From Octopus sinensis (Eukaryota): a stretch of 64,000 bases of DNA. This document shows, one piece after another, positions 50,653-63,420 of this stretch. The stretch lies in contig NC_042997.1 of NCBI RefSeq assembly GCF_006345805.1, positions 112,344,001-112,408,000 of the forward strand, in the 5' to 3' direction. How positions within the stretch are numbered: the first letter of the stretch is position 1; the number at the start of each line of letters is the position of its first letter. Position numbers and translations under genes: made by a program. The notes beneath the pieces are model-generated. The model was not told the DNA's origin. It saw nothing but the letters and a program-made list of their open reading frames with translations, and did no database searches.

Positions 50653-51297
50653 TATCATCATCATCGTTTAACATCCACTTTTCATGTTAGCATGGGTCAG
50701 ACGGTTCGACTGGGGTCTGGGAAGCCAGGATGCTGCACCGGGCACCAGTCTTATCTGGCAGTGTTTCTACAGCTGGATTCCCTTCCTAATGCTAATCACT
50801 CCATATAAGTAAAAGTAGAGATAAGCAAATTAGATAGACAATATATAAAGTATATCAAATACATGAAATACAAAACAAATGTATATATATATATATATAT
50901 ACACACACACATTATAAAATGATGGAACTTTGAACTTTGCTCCTTTAACACCTCAGATGTAAGAGCTCTTCCCTGAAGACAGTAGCTCATCTCATTCTAT
51001 GAGGGAATCAATCAACAACCATTATTATGGACTACTGAGCCCCCAGAAACAGCTGTTGCGTTTGTAATACTCTTCCTCAATCCCTTTAGTTCTTTATATC
51101 TTTTGCATTCTATGTAAGTCAGACCTTTTTTATATGCATCCATATATATACACAATATTTTGCATATCCTGTATTTGATGTACTTTATACATTGACCTGT
51201 CCAACTTGCTTATCCCTGCATTCATTTCTCTCCACACTCAAGTTTGAATCTCTTCAGTCCTACTAAGTGTATTCTGTGCAGAATATACTGATCTATG

Positions 51298-51340
<43 letters not shown>

Positions 51341-51444
51341 CACACGCATACATATATATATATCCCATGCATAAATAAGAAATCCCTCTCCTTCCCACAC
51401 TCCAGTCTCTCTCTCTCTCTCTCCTATGTATAAAGCTTCCATAC

Positions 51445-51614
51445 TTAACGTTGATGTCTCCAGTGTTGGTGACAGAAACTTTGCGGGTGCTGGAACTTTG
51501 CAGAACAACGGCACCAAAAGGGATGGAATTAGTCTCCAAATTTAACTCCATTGCAAGACAGAACCCTTTGATCAAGAATAATGGCTGAGATACTCCTGCC
51601 TGTTCCAAACAAAC
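51445..51614 (-). CDS. HYDIN: HYDIN coding exon
   Basis: tattccag|GTT TGT...GTT AA|gtatgg. 170 nt, VCLEQAGVSQPLFLIKG...IPFGAVVLQSSSTRKVSVTNTGDINV. Confidence 0.92.
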
Positions 51615-52449
51615 CTGGAATATGGCCAAAAACAAACAAACAGAATCTTGTCATTGATTGTTGTATGAAGGAAACATTCTGGAAAACACAAATAAAATAA
51701 ATTAAAATAAAACATAGGTGCAAATGTGGCTGTGTGCTAAGAAGCTTGCCTCCCAACCATGTGGCTCCTGGTTCAGTCCCACTGAATGGCACTTTGGGCA
51801 AATGTCTTCTACTAGCTTCAAGCTGACCAAAGTCTTGTGAGTGGATTTCGTAGATGTGGTATGTGTATGTGTATTTGACCCCCACCACCACCATCACCAC
51901 CACCACCACCATCACCACCACCACCATTTGGCAACTGGTGGCAGTGAGTCTACACACCCATAACTTAGTGGTTTGGCAAAAGAGACTGTTAGAATAAGTA
52001 CCAAGCAAAAAAAAAAAATAAACAAGTACAGGGATCAATTCATTTGGCTAAAAATTCTTCAGGGCAGTGCCCCAGCATGACCACAGTCTAATGACTGAAA
52101 CAAGTAAAAGATAAAAGATAGAAATAAAATAATTGAAAAGTTCATCTTTTTGCAAAACAGAAAACATTAATTGAAGAAAGGAAAGTGCATTATTTTCTAA
52201 ATTACAGGTGGAAATCATCATCGTTTTAACATCTAGCTTTCCGAGTTAGATGGAATTCATTGGGGGAGATTTCTTTCTATGGCTTGATGCTCTTCCTGTC
52301 ACCAACCTTCACTAATTCCCAAATGAAGTGATATTTCCTCCCATGGCCAGACAAATTTTCACAGAAGACAAGAAACTAAGGACACGGCTGGTTTACAACC
52401 ATCGCATGATGCTAGGGCAACGAGATACACACACACACACATACGTATC

Positions 52450-52509
<60 letters not shown>

Positions 52510-52731
52510 AACACACATTATATATATAATGTGTGTGGTTGATGTTAGGAAGGACATCCAGCTGTAGAAACCATGCCAAATCAGACTGGAGTCTGGTGCA
52601 GCCTTCCAGCATGCCAGCCCTGGTCAAACTGTCCAACCCATACCAGTATGGACAATGGACATTAAATAAATGATGATGATGATGATATATATATATATAT
52701 ATATATATACTTAGAATGTTATATGGCCAAA

Positions 52732-53330
52732 GAATGACGATTGTTTTCAGACATATAAAACTTCTGAGCTGTATAGGTGGCTCATCAGATTCAGATGGCT
52801 GAAAGCACATAAACCTCTACAAGAGAATGCAGGAAACTGTCATGATGAGTTAATTTGGTAAATGAAAAAAATTCCAGAATAAGACTCAACCGGTAAAAGA
52901 CTGGCTGAGGCAGAGTTTTCCGCTTAGATCAGCTCCAGTTATGCTGAAGATGGCTGATGCTGGCAGCATTTCCCTAGTTAGCAAACAGGGAATTTCATGT
53001 CTCCAACATGAATTTCCTCTTATGAGGGCACTCACTAAACATCTTGTTTTTGGAGTTTAAATATATATATATTTCATGTCATGCTAAGAAGTGGTGCACA
53101 GTACTGGAATTTTTGACTCGAGTATCTTGAGTATCTTCATAAGTGGAGTCTGGACTGATTCATTTGTACTGGCATTGAGTTGTATTAGTTGTAATAATGA
53201 AGTCAAACCAAATAGTGATATTCTGAAATCATTTAATACATATGTTTCAGGTCTGCACAACATATAATAGCAAATATATCCATTACATAAACCTTCCTCA
53301 ATCAAAGCAATTCAGAATATGACTAGCAAA
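52732..53330 (-). mobile_element. Penelope-like element 3' remnant with downstream hammerhead motif
   Basis: Minus-strand LNSKNKMFSECPHKRKFML (PLE ORF end), then GAAT-CTGATGA...GAAA-ACAATC-GTC-ATTC at 52792-52732. Confidence 0.7.
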
Positions 53331-53471
53331 TGGAGAGCGTACATAATCTGTTACATTTCAGACACAATTGGAACTGATCAAAAGAAGATAACTCTATCTT
53401 GCCTGGAATGGTAACTTTCTGATTGGCCTAACTAACAACTACAGTATATATATATGTGTGTGTGTGTGTGT

Positions 53472-53757
53472 GGAGGTGCAATGGCCCAATGGTTAGGGCA
53501 GCGGACTCGCGGTTTCGATTCCCAGACAGGGCATTGTGAGTGTTTATTGAGCGAAAACACCTAAAGTTCCATGAGGCTCCGGCAGGGGGGGGGGCGATCC
53601 CTGTTGTACACTTTTGCCACAACTTTCTCTCACTCTTTCTTCTGTTGGCCTGCTCGCTTAGCCAGCCAGGTGGCGTCACTTGAAGGCTAAAACAATGCAA
53701 AGCGCATTGTGACCAGTGATGTGTAGCAACATCTGATAGCCTGGTTGGTCACGGTGA
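53472..53757 (+). mobile_element. tRNA-derived SINE (third family)
   Basis: A box TGGCCCAATGG, B box GTTTCGATTCCC, (TA)n tail. Confidence 0.7.
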
Positions 53758-54069
53758 TATATATATATATATATATTTATATGATGATGATGATGGACTC
53801 TCCCATCTCGAAGATGATGTAAGAGTGTTCTATTTTTTTCTGAACAACCTGCACAAATGAATTGTTTATAGTGATTAAATTGACGTTGCCTGAACAGGTG
53901 CACTGTGCACCAGGCATCAGGTGTTAAGTGACTGCAGAAAGGTGTGAGTTGAAGTGTTTTGCTCAAGAACACAATGCACCCCCTGGTCTAGGAATTGAAA
54001 CCATGATCTTGCAATCATGAGTCTAACACCCTAACCACTAGGCCAGGTGTCCTCATATATATATATATA

Positions 54070-54325
54070 TATATAAATTAGAAAAAAACCCACCTTTTAT
54101 CAATTCAAAATGAACAATTAAATTACATATAATAGAAATATTTATATTAAAATAATAATATATCGAGATTAAGTAAATTGCAAAATAATAATAAAAACGT
54201 ATATATTTGGTAGAATAACGACACGTGTTTCGTGGCTATATTTATATATGTAATTTTCTAGATGGTGTAATTTAATTGTTCATTTTGAATTGATAAAAGG
54301 TGTTTTTTTTCTAATTTTTATATAT
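54070..54325. repeat. Penelope-like fold-back with the 3' half of a hammerhead in the loop
   Basis: Arms of about 55 bp; minus-strand GAAAC-ACGT-GTC near 54219-54231. Confidence 0.55.
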
Positions 54326-54642
54326 ATATATTATATTTTGTGAAATTTGATTTAGTATTTCTAAATTGAATTTTTCCCTGTAAGTTAGGAATAATATTCC
54401 CTCAAATTATTATTATTATTATTATATATATATATATGTGTGTGTGTGATGGACTTCTTTTACTTGCAGTTCCCATCTACTCCCAAATCCACTCGACAAA
54501 GCATTGATCAGCCTGGGAAGACAAGCCCAAGGTGCCATGAAGCAGGACTTAACCTAAAGCCAACTGGTTGGGAAGTGAAATACTTAACATTGCAACCACA
54601 ACTTCACTTGTCTTGTAATATTTTCCTGGAAATAAAGTTTAC

Positions 54643-54909
54643 CTCTTCTGTAAATTGAGGAATTCTTGATTTTGGATTGAAGACAATTTGTATCTTTGCA
54701 CTGCCACTCAAAGCTGCAAGAGTAATGGGAGCCGCTGGGAAAATGGTCAGCACTCCACTTTCTTTGAGTTGAGTACAATTTGGAGTACAAACAATACTGA
54801 ATGTAACAGAAGCTGGAGTTCGGTTGATAATTGGAACAGTCCTTTTAATGACACTGCCCACTTCATAAGAATCAAGTCTCACAACTTTTTTATGATCTGC
54901 TACTTCGAC
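54643..54909 (-). CDS. HYDIN: HYDIN coding exon
   Basis: gtttaag|GTC GAA...GAA GAG|gtaaac. 267 nt, ends VFNPKSRIPQFTEE. Confidence 0.92.
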
Positions 54910-55190
54910 CTTAAACAGAGAGAAAAATAAACAATAGTTAAACAAGGCAGTGCCCCAGTATGGCCACAGTCGAATAACTGAAACAAGTAAAAGACTCTAA
55001 AAGATTCATAGATTAACATGGGGGGTTAACAAACTTCTTACATCGTTTGGCCCCTTCATGGTATTATAACTTTTCGACCCCCACCTCATTTGACAAATTT
55101 CAAATATAAAATAAAAAAGTAGAATTCATGAAAAAATTTCCTGCTTTAAAAGCAATAATTCATTTGTTCTTTTGTGTCATTACCACTTTT

Positions 55191-56172
55191 GGATCTTTTT
55201 CTTTTGATGGTCAGAATTCAACACAATTTCTAGTTAACTAAACAATTTGAAACTTCGTATACTGGTAGAATGTGTCAAAAGAAAACATTATTTTCACTTG
55301 GCTTTTTTGATAAATTTGTAATTTGTAAGTTCAACGTAGTTTAATTCTTCGAATTTTAACCAATGAATTGCCAGCATTTGAGCTCAAATCATTTGCTGCG
55401 TCTAAAAACTCAGACATCCTGTTGCAACGTAAACAGCGCACACACACACACACACGTGTTATTCATCCTTCTCTCTTCTGTCTGTCTCGCTCATCGATAT
55501 TGATAAACAAACGAGGCATGTGCTAGAAATAACAGCCATATCTCTTAAATCAATGAATTTCGTTGCCCAACAAAAATATTAACGATATTTTTTTAATATT
55601 TTCTTTATTTTTTTTTACCGCAAAGGCTTCTCCGATGGTTTTGAAGGGCCAAAAACAACAAAAACAAAACAATAATATGCCTAAATCGGTCTAGAGTGGG
55701 ATATGAGGGTGCACGTGGAGTGTGGGTCGTATTGTAAAAATTTGCGAAATATTTTTTCATAAAAGGATGCCCCAGCTTGTTGGAGGCTGTGATATAAATT
55801 GGGAAAAAAATCGACACCAGTGCGTAATTGGTACTTAATTTATCGACCCCGAAACGATGAAACATTGACCCTCCCCCATTTCTGGTTTATTTACGTTTTG
55901 TGTAAATTTGTTCCGGCAAGGGGCAAAACACAGAGGGGACAAAGCATGAGATACAAAAGTATTAAGTCGATTCTATCAACACCAGTGCGAACTCATGAAC
56001 ATGTATGTATGCTTGTGTGCGTATATGTATATCTCTATTTGTATGTGTGTGTACACTTATATATTAATTACTATGTGCTTGTGCAAATGTATATGCATGT
56101 GTTTGAGAGAGAGAGAGAGAGAGTGACAGAGAGTGTGTGTGTGTGTGCAAGTGTACGTGTGTATGTATCTGA

Positions 56173-56209
<37 letters not shown>

Positions 56210-56457
56210 CGGCATGCGTCTCCTCGTTTGTTTATCAATATCGATAATGCAGCAAATGATTTGAGCTCAAATGCAGGCAATTCATTGGTTAAAATTCGAA
56301 GAATTAAACTACGTTAAACTTACAAATTACAATTTTCTCAAAAAAGCCAAGTGAAAATAATGTTTTCTTTTGACTCATTCTACCAGTATACGAAGTTTCA
56401 AATTGTTTAGTTAACTAGAAATTGTGTTGAATTCCGTCCATCAAAAGGAAAAGATCC
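55191..56457. mobile_element. Long-TIR DNA transposon/MITE (Merlin- or MULE-like)
   Basis: GGATCTTTT...AAAAGATCC termini, inverted arms of about 330 bp, perfect 8-bp TSD CCACTTTT (55183-55190, 56458-56465). Confidence 0.8.
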
Positions 56458-56975
56458 CCACTTTTTAATATTTAAAGATATCTAATGAAAATACTTAACG
56501 AATTTGTTAAAGATTAATAAAAATCCGGTGAGATTATATTGATATGAGATGTGTGTTTGGTAATTATTAGTTATTGCACTGATATTTGGCTGGAAAGGGC
56601 CTGGATAATTTAGTGATGACCGGAAAGATTGAAGGGAAAAGAAGCAGAAGAAGAAAGATGATATGGATGTCAAGCTTGGTGGACTGGTTGGAAGAAAGAA
56701 GGATTTTAACATCAGAGACAGGAGCTGTTACAGAAAACAAAGAACAGAGAATTGTGGCAGAACTTGACTGCCAATGTCCTACATTCTGGGCATTGCATCT
56801 AGAGAAGAAAGAAGATTTAACTGAAGAATACTGAGTTTTAGCTTCAAACTACTGCATTCTTCCAGATTCAGTACCAAAATACTAAAATGAAATATCAAAA
56901 ATTGAACTTTAATTAAATATTCTTTGAAAAAGAAAAACAAAAAGATGACACAAATATATCTCTCTGGTATTTTAC

Positions 56976-57174
56976 CTGCATTTCAATACCTCGACCAATG
57001 AAAGTAACATTTTGTGTTGAAAGACCATTTATTAAGAATGGAACGATTTCAGTATATTTCATAGGTTTTCTTGGATAGAATGAAAAGGATATTGTAACGC
57101 TCTTCTTTGGTTCAACCTTGGTGGCTTTAAATTCATACATTAACTGTTTGGTTGGAGTGTAAAGACAATCCAAG
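56976..57174 (-). CDS. HYDIN: HYDIN coding exon
   Basis: gttttag|C TTG GAT TGT...ATG CAG|gtaaaa. 199 nt, LDCLYTPT...FYPRKPMKYTEIVPFLINGLSTQNVTFIGRGIEMQ. Confidence 0.92.
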
Positions 57175-58236
57175 CTAAAACACAGAAAAGGAAAATGGTA
57201 AGTTAAAAGAAAAAAAAAGTGTTAAAATTTGTAAAATAAAAATAGATTTGGTTGCAGTTGGGGGGGTTATGCCATTCAAGGCAGGATTGTTTCTTTCTCA
57301 GATTAAAAAAAATGAAAATTCCCATTTTTATTCCCAAATTATAATTCATTCACTTTTATATCCATTTTTCCATGCCAGCATGGATTAAATGATTACCGAA
57401 GCCTTGTTTTACAAACAGATGCCGTTCCTGCTGATAAGCTTTACCTGTTTCCCAGATGAAGGATCTTTTATTTCACCTGTTTTTTTAAGTACAAAATCAA
57501 TGGATAACTTATTGACGGGGGAAATGATAACAGTATCACCACTTGTAGGTCAGTAATTTAAAGACACACACAAAAACAGCTGGTAATGATATATAGTGCT
57601 GACACTAGTCAAACGCAGGATCTCCCACCACTGCCTACTCATCATCATCTTCATCGTTTAACGTCCGCTTTCCATGCTGGCATGGGTTGGACAATTTGAC
57701 TGAGGACTGGCAACCAGATGGCTGCGCCAGGCTCCAATCTCATCTGGCAGAGTTTCTACAGCTGGATGCCCTTCCTAATGCCAACCATTTGGAGAGTGTA
57801 GTGGGTGCTATTAAGTGCCACTGGCATGAGGGCCAGTCAGGTGGTACTGGCAATGGCCACGCTCAAAATGGTGTTTTTTTACTTGCCACCTGCACAGGAG
57901 TCAGTCTAGTGGCACTGGCAACGACCTTGCTCGAATGTTTTGTTCATGTACCAGTACGGTGACACTGGTAACGATCACACTCAAATGGTGCTTTTTACAT
58001 GCCACCAGCATGGAAGCCAAACAGCTGCCCTAGCAGTGATCTCGCTCAGATGGAGCGCCACTGGCACAGGTGCCAGACATCGAATTTGGTTCAATTTCGA
58101 TTTCACTTGCCCCAACAGGTCTTCGGAAGCAGAGTTTAGTGCCTACTCCATATGCAAAATCAAACAAAAGACAATAAAATGACTTTGTATGACTTAAAAA
58201 GAGAAAACATTGTCCACACTGTTTCGGACATCTCAC

Positions 58237-58406
58237 CTAATATCCTTTTTGTCATTATTTCGAACTTGAAGCACAGCAATCTTCTGCTCCATGCCTGCCT
58301 TGTGAATGAAGGTGTTACCAAAGTTGTACGTTAAAAATGAGAACTCAAGGTTTGGATAACCAGCGTCACCAGTTATGAAGATGTTATAAGTTGGTCCATG
58401 GGCGAT
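58237..58406 (-). CDS. HYDIN: HYDIN coding exon (not in ORF track)
   Basis: Translated by hand: ctcttcag|ATC GCC CAT GGA CCA...GAT ATT AG|gtgaga gives IAHGPTYNIFITGDAGYPNLEFSFLTYNFGNTFIHKAGMEQKIAVLQVRNNDKKDI(S). 170 nt; it supplies exactly the phase 0 to phase 2 bridge the flanking exons need. Confidence 0.9.
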
Positions 58407-60291
58407 CTGAAGAGAATCATGAAGTTAGAAAATGACAGATGAAAGACATATTCTACAATAAAATATATAAAGATATTATCAGTTGCATACAAAATAGTGT
58501 GTGTGTTTTGTAATATACACCAAATCTGCTGTGACGTAGCATCTGGAGAAAGCTTCCCAATTTAATATCATCATCATCGTCATTTAACATCTGCTTTCCA
58601 TGCTGGCATGGGTCGGACGGTTTGACTAAGGGCTGGCGAGCCAGAAGGCTGCACCAGGCTTCAATCTGATGTGGCAGAGTTTCTACAGCTGGATGCCCTT
58701 CCTAACGCCAACCACTCTGAGGGTGTAGTGGGTGCTTTTTACGTGCCACTGGCATGAGGGCCAGTCAGGTGACACTGGCAACGATCACGCTTGAGTGGTG
58801 CTTTTTACATGCCACCGGGACTAGTCTGCCAGCACTGTCATTGGCCATGACAACAACTTCACTTGATTCAACAGGTCTTCACAAGCGCAGTTTATTGCCC
58901 AATGATTGAAGGTTTACTAATCAAAATACATAAACTCTGCCTATGTGCAACTGACAATGTTCCCATTACAAGAACTGCATTTAATTTGTAATTTAAGGCA
59001 AAACTAACACCTCAGATTTTAGATAGCAAAATCTCAGAAAAATAGCAAAGGATGTGGCTCTGGACATTATTAGACTGTGCAAAACTGCAAATCATCATCA
59101 TCATTGTTTAATGTTCGCTTTCCATGCTAGCATGGGTTGGACGGTTTGACTAAGGGCTGGCGAACCAGATGGCCACACCAGGCTCCAATCTAGATCTGGC
59201 AGAGTTTCTACAGCTGGATGCCCTTCCTAATGCCAACCTCTCCGAGAGTGTAGTGGGTAATTTTTATGTGCCACCGGCACGGGGCCAGTCAGGCGGTACT
59301 GGCAATGACCCCACTCGAATCTTTTTACACCTCGAAAAAAATGTGGATATTATCCTTGTGTAGTTGGGTGCTGTAAAATCAGCCATTTCCAGCATTTTCT
59401 TGCATTTTTCTCAAAATTACGTTTCTGACTATGGGTAGCAATCTTTCGGTCACGCTATCTCTGAGAATAATTGATGCAACAGGCTGAAAGTTTGCAGGTG
59501 TGTATTCTTTCGATACCTGCCCAGATGCTGTTCTAGTGTGATTAGATACACTTCATTTGTTCATCTTCCAGAGACATCTGAATGCTACTACCCAGGGGTC
59601 AAAAACGCTTGAACTGCTGCATATGACCCCACAATGAAATCTAGGTCAATTTCATCAATGTCTTTGATTCGGCATCTAGGCTGCACCCCAATTCTATCTT
59701 CCCATGTGGTTGGGAAGCAAACTTATCACCATACAGCCATGCCAGCACCTATAATACACCTATATAAACATGGGACTCCACAAACTGTGGTTAGGTTAGA
59801 TCTCATGATGCTGGCCTCACACAGGAAATGATGAAAGACTTACAAAATAAGTTCAATGATGATGTTGAGCAGCAGACCCAGCTGACCAACAACAAGCAAG
59901 GAATATCTAATGTTAATCAGATGTTAATTAATGATAATGAATGATAATGGTTGAATATAATCATCATCATCATCGTCATCTTCATCATTTCCCCATGTTG
60001 GCATGAGTTGGATGGCTTGACAAGAGCAAGCAGGCTGGAGAGCTGCACCAAGTTCCATTTGTCTGTTTTGGCAAGGTTTCTACAGCAGGATGCCCTCCCT
60101 TATGCCAACCACTTAACAGAGTGTGCTGGGTGCTTTTTATGTGACACCAGCACCAGTGGGGTTGTCAAGCAGCTTGCAAAACAAAGACCTCTTAGTTGAG
60201 AGAGGGAATGGAACCAAGAGAAATGACCGTTTGCCAGGCGAATGGTCAGAGTGTGAATAGAATCCATTTTAAAGAACGAAATACAACAAAC

Positions 60292-60507
60292 CTTCAAGTA
60301 AACTTTACATCCAGTCAAAGACAGTTTTTTACTGGGGCAGAAATCGATTTTGGACTCTTTTTTGAAACCAGTCTTAACAACCCCTGAAGGAGGGGTTATT
60401 TTAAGCAATTGACTTGCTTTCTCATTCAGGATCCACTTATATTCAAAATTAATTTTACAACTGTTTGATATAACCACAACCCTTGTTGACTTTTCATTAA
60501 TTTCAAC
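60292..60507 (-). CDS. HYDIN: HYDIN coding exon
   Basis: ttttccag|GTT...AAG|gtttgt. 216 nt, phase 0/0, VEINEKSTRVVVISNSCKINFEYKW...GCKVYLK. Confidence 0.9.
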
Positions 60508-60666
60508 CTGGAAAAGACAAAAAAATTTTGAACAATGCAAAAACAAAAATATAAAAATGATTTTGCAAACATTTCAACCCCTGACTGAAGCCCAGAATGT
60601 AAGGCACAGTTAAACCCTTTTGTAAAACTATAGTATACTCTACAATAGGGTCTACTGGGGTTTTAA

Positions 60667-61743
60667 CCCTTTCGTTACCAAACCGCCCAAAGCCGCCCGA
60701 AAAAAATTTTGGTTTATGAACCAAACCGCCCGAATTTACCTATTCATATTTAAATGAGAATATCAGGGCAAATCTCTTCAGTACATTCGTGAAAACACGT
60801 ATTATACTTCGTAAACAGTTCAACTACAGTTTTGTACAATAATCGAAGTGTAATTTTAATTCCGTGAATTTTGGGAGATTTTTTTCCGAAATTTGTTCCT
60901 ATTGGGTTTTCAAAGTTTGTAATTCTGACAAAAAATGGATACGAATTTCATTATATCAAGCAGCGAGTCAGAATTCGAAGGATTTTCTACTGAAGACCTT
61001 CATAAATCTAACTCTATGACTGAAAAAAAAAAGCACATGGTATTTGATAATGAATCTGATGTTTCATTTTCCGAAAGTGAAAACAGTGAATTCGAGAGCT
61101 CCGACAGCGATAAAGAAAACGAATTGGCACCTGAATGGAGTGAAAATTTTAAAAAACTGTTTCTTTCGGTGATTTTTCTGAAGAAACTGGACCAAGCCAC
61201 AGACTTTCCCAGAAGGGTAAAGCCTTAGACTATTTCTATTTACTTTTTCGAATGAGCCTATTTGAAATCATTACAGTGAAAACAAACCGTTACGCTAAAC
61301 ATAAACAAAGCGAAAGAAAGGATAGTTTGTGGTTTCCCACAACCTTAAATGAAATTAAGACTATTTTGCCATAAATATCATTATGGGTATCAGAAAGTTA
61401 CCCAGAATAACAAATTCTATCGTAAAATTTTGTTGTATACCCAATTGAATATTAGCTAATAACCCATTTTCTATAGCGATGTTTGAACAAAATTTTAATA
61501 ATTTTATATTTTGTGGAATTTACCTGTATCTACCTGTAATTAGAGTCACTTTGTGACAAAAATTATAGTATAGAATTGGTTGAGAATATTTCATTAAATT
61601 ATCTTCCAAAAATCAGATTAATATATCGATAAATAAAAAAGTTATAGTTGTTTAATGAAACCAGACTAAATTTATGACTACGTTAGAAATTAATTGAAAC
61701 ACATAAGGGGTGTAATTTGGTCAGAAATATAGTAACGAAAGGG
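60667..61743 (+). mobile_element. Non-autonomous piggyBac element, second copy
   Basis: TTAA at 60663-60666 and 61744-61747, same TIRs. Acidic N-terminus MDTNFIISSSESEFEGF followed by ...LDYF...TNRYA...TTLNEIK, typical of piggyBac transposases. Confidence 0.9.
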
Positions 61744-61931
61744 TTAAGTAATGTCTATTGTAAGCTGCAATATGGTTAACTGTGGTTTACAATAGACATT
61801 TGTAGATTAGGTGTGGTTGTAGCAATAGGATAAACACAGTAAATGACTGGTATTTATTTTACTGACCATAGAGAAATTTGAACTTAGAATCTGAGAGTCC
61901 AATGGAGCACTGTGCTCACCTCTGAGTTAGT

Positions 61932-62041
61932 GGAGAGAGAGAGGAGAAAGAGAGAGAGGAGAAAGCAAGAGAGGAGAAAGAGAGAGGGAGAGAGACACAC
62001 ACAGAAAGAGAGAAAAAGAGACAAGGAGAGGAGAGAGAGAG

Positions 62042-62072
<31 letters not shown>

Positions 62073-62218
62073 GACAAAGGAAAGAGAGAGAGAGAGGGGT
62101 GTGGAAAGAGGGGAGAAAGAGAGAGAGGAGAAAGAGAGAGAGGAGAAAGAGAGCGGGAGAGAGACACACACAGAAAGAGAGAAAAAGAGACAAGGAGAGG
62201 AGAGAGAAAGAGACAGAG
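61932..62218. repeat. (GA)/(CA) compound microsatellite
   Basis: Purine-rich low-complexity tract with an internal duplication. Confidence 0.9.
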
Positions 62219-62350
62219 GTTAGTTAATAAAATTAGGCTTAATTGCAATGACATTCATTTAAAGTCAAAAACAACCGAAATTTGTTTTTAGATTTCCTTC
62301 CAGAGAATTAAAAAATATGGATAAAAGAAAAACAAAAAGGAAGATCTTAC

Positions 62351-62558
62351 AGATCCAAAGTCAATTTCATTGTCGCCTGTTTTGGTAAGTTCCATGACAA
62401 TCCCCTCTGAATCAGTACAGAAAACAGCACAGTTTATAGAATAGCCACCCCCTTTGATGTTCAGCTGTAAAGGGGCTGCCTTTCCCGTCACAATACATGA
62501 TGCGTTGAAGCTGACAATCTTTGACACCAAAGGCAGGAAATATATACTGATGGGAAAC
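62351..62558 (-). CDS. HYDIN: HYDIN coding exon (first in window; gene continues beyond 64000)
   Basis: Acceptor gtcaacag|G and donor TCT|gtaaga. 208 nt (1+207) encoding FPISIYFLPLVSKIVSFNASCIVTGKAAPLQLNIKGGGY...NEIDFGS, a HYDIN ASH/Ig-like repeat. Confidence 0.88.
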
Positions 62559-62776
62559 CTGTTGACAGAGCAGAAACAAGAAAAGGTTTGAAGTGAAAAA
62601 AAAAAGAGAATCAATATTCAATAAGTGCAGAGTGACAGTGGTAAGCAGTGATGAGTAGAAATACAGACTTGTTACCAGTTTGTAGTGGGGGAAAAGAGTA
62701 GCAGAAGATGTTGAGGAAGCAGATGAAAGAGGCATGGGGACGACTTCAAAGCAAAACAATGGGAAAACATCGGATT

Positions 62777-63420
62777 CATCATCATCGTTTAACGTCCATT
62801 TTCCAAGCTAGCATGGGTTGGACGGTTTGACCGGGGTCTAGGAAACCAGGGGGCTGCACCAGGCTCCAGTCTGATCTGGCAGTGTTTCTACAGCTGGATG
62901 CCCTTCCTAACGACAACCACTCCGTGAGTGTAGTGGGTGCTTTTTACGTGTCACCGGCACAGGTGCCAGGCAAGGCTGGCATCGGTCACGTTCGGATGGT
63001 GCTTTTTACGTGCCACCGGCACGGGTATCACAACTACAATTTCCATTTGATTTTTGTTTTGATCCAAGGTAAACACAGTAGGCCGTCCTGTGATCCAAAG
63101 CACTTTGAATGGGCAGGGGCTGCTATGTGAAGCTGGTGCAGGAAACAGCCATGAACTCACGTTATTTGTCAGGTCACAGCATATCTCCAGAGGTCTCAGT
63201 CTTCTGTCATTGCCCCTGTGAGGCCCAACGTTCGAAGGTCATGCTTGACCACCACATCCCATGTCTTCCTGGGTCTACCTCTAGCCTGGATTCCTTCAAC
63301 TGTTTGGGAGTGGCACTTCTTTACACATCTCTCCTCATCCATCTGTAGTACATGACCATACCAGCACAAACGTCTCTCTTGCATACCACATCCGATGCTT
63401 CTTATGTCCAGCATTTCTCT
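62777..63420 (-). mobile_element. 5'-truncated RTE LINE (ORF end and 3'UTR)
   Basis: MQERRLCWYGHVLQMDEERCVKKC...GRPRKTWDVVVKHDLRTLGL; (GAT)n tail at about 62780. Confidence 0.88.

Noticed and set aside
61884-62254. ERERRK-rich and SL-rich ORFs
   Set aside because: Translations of a GA/CA microsatellite.
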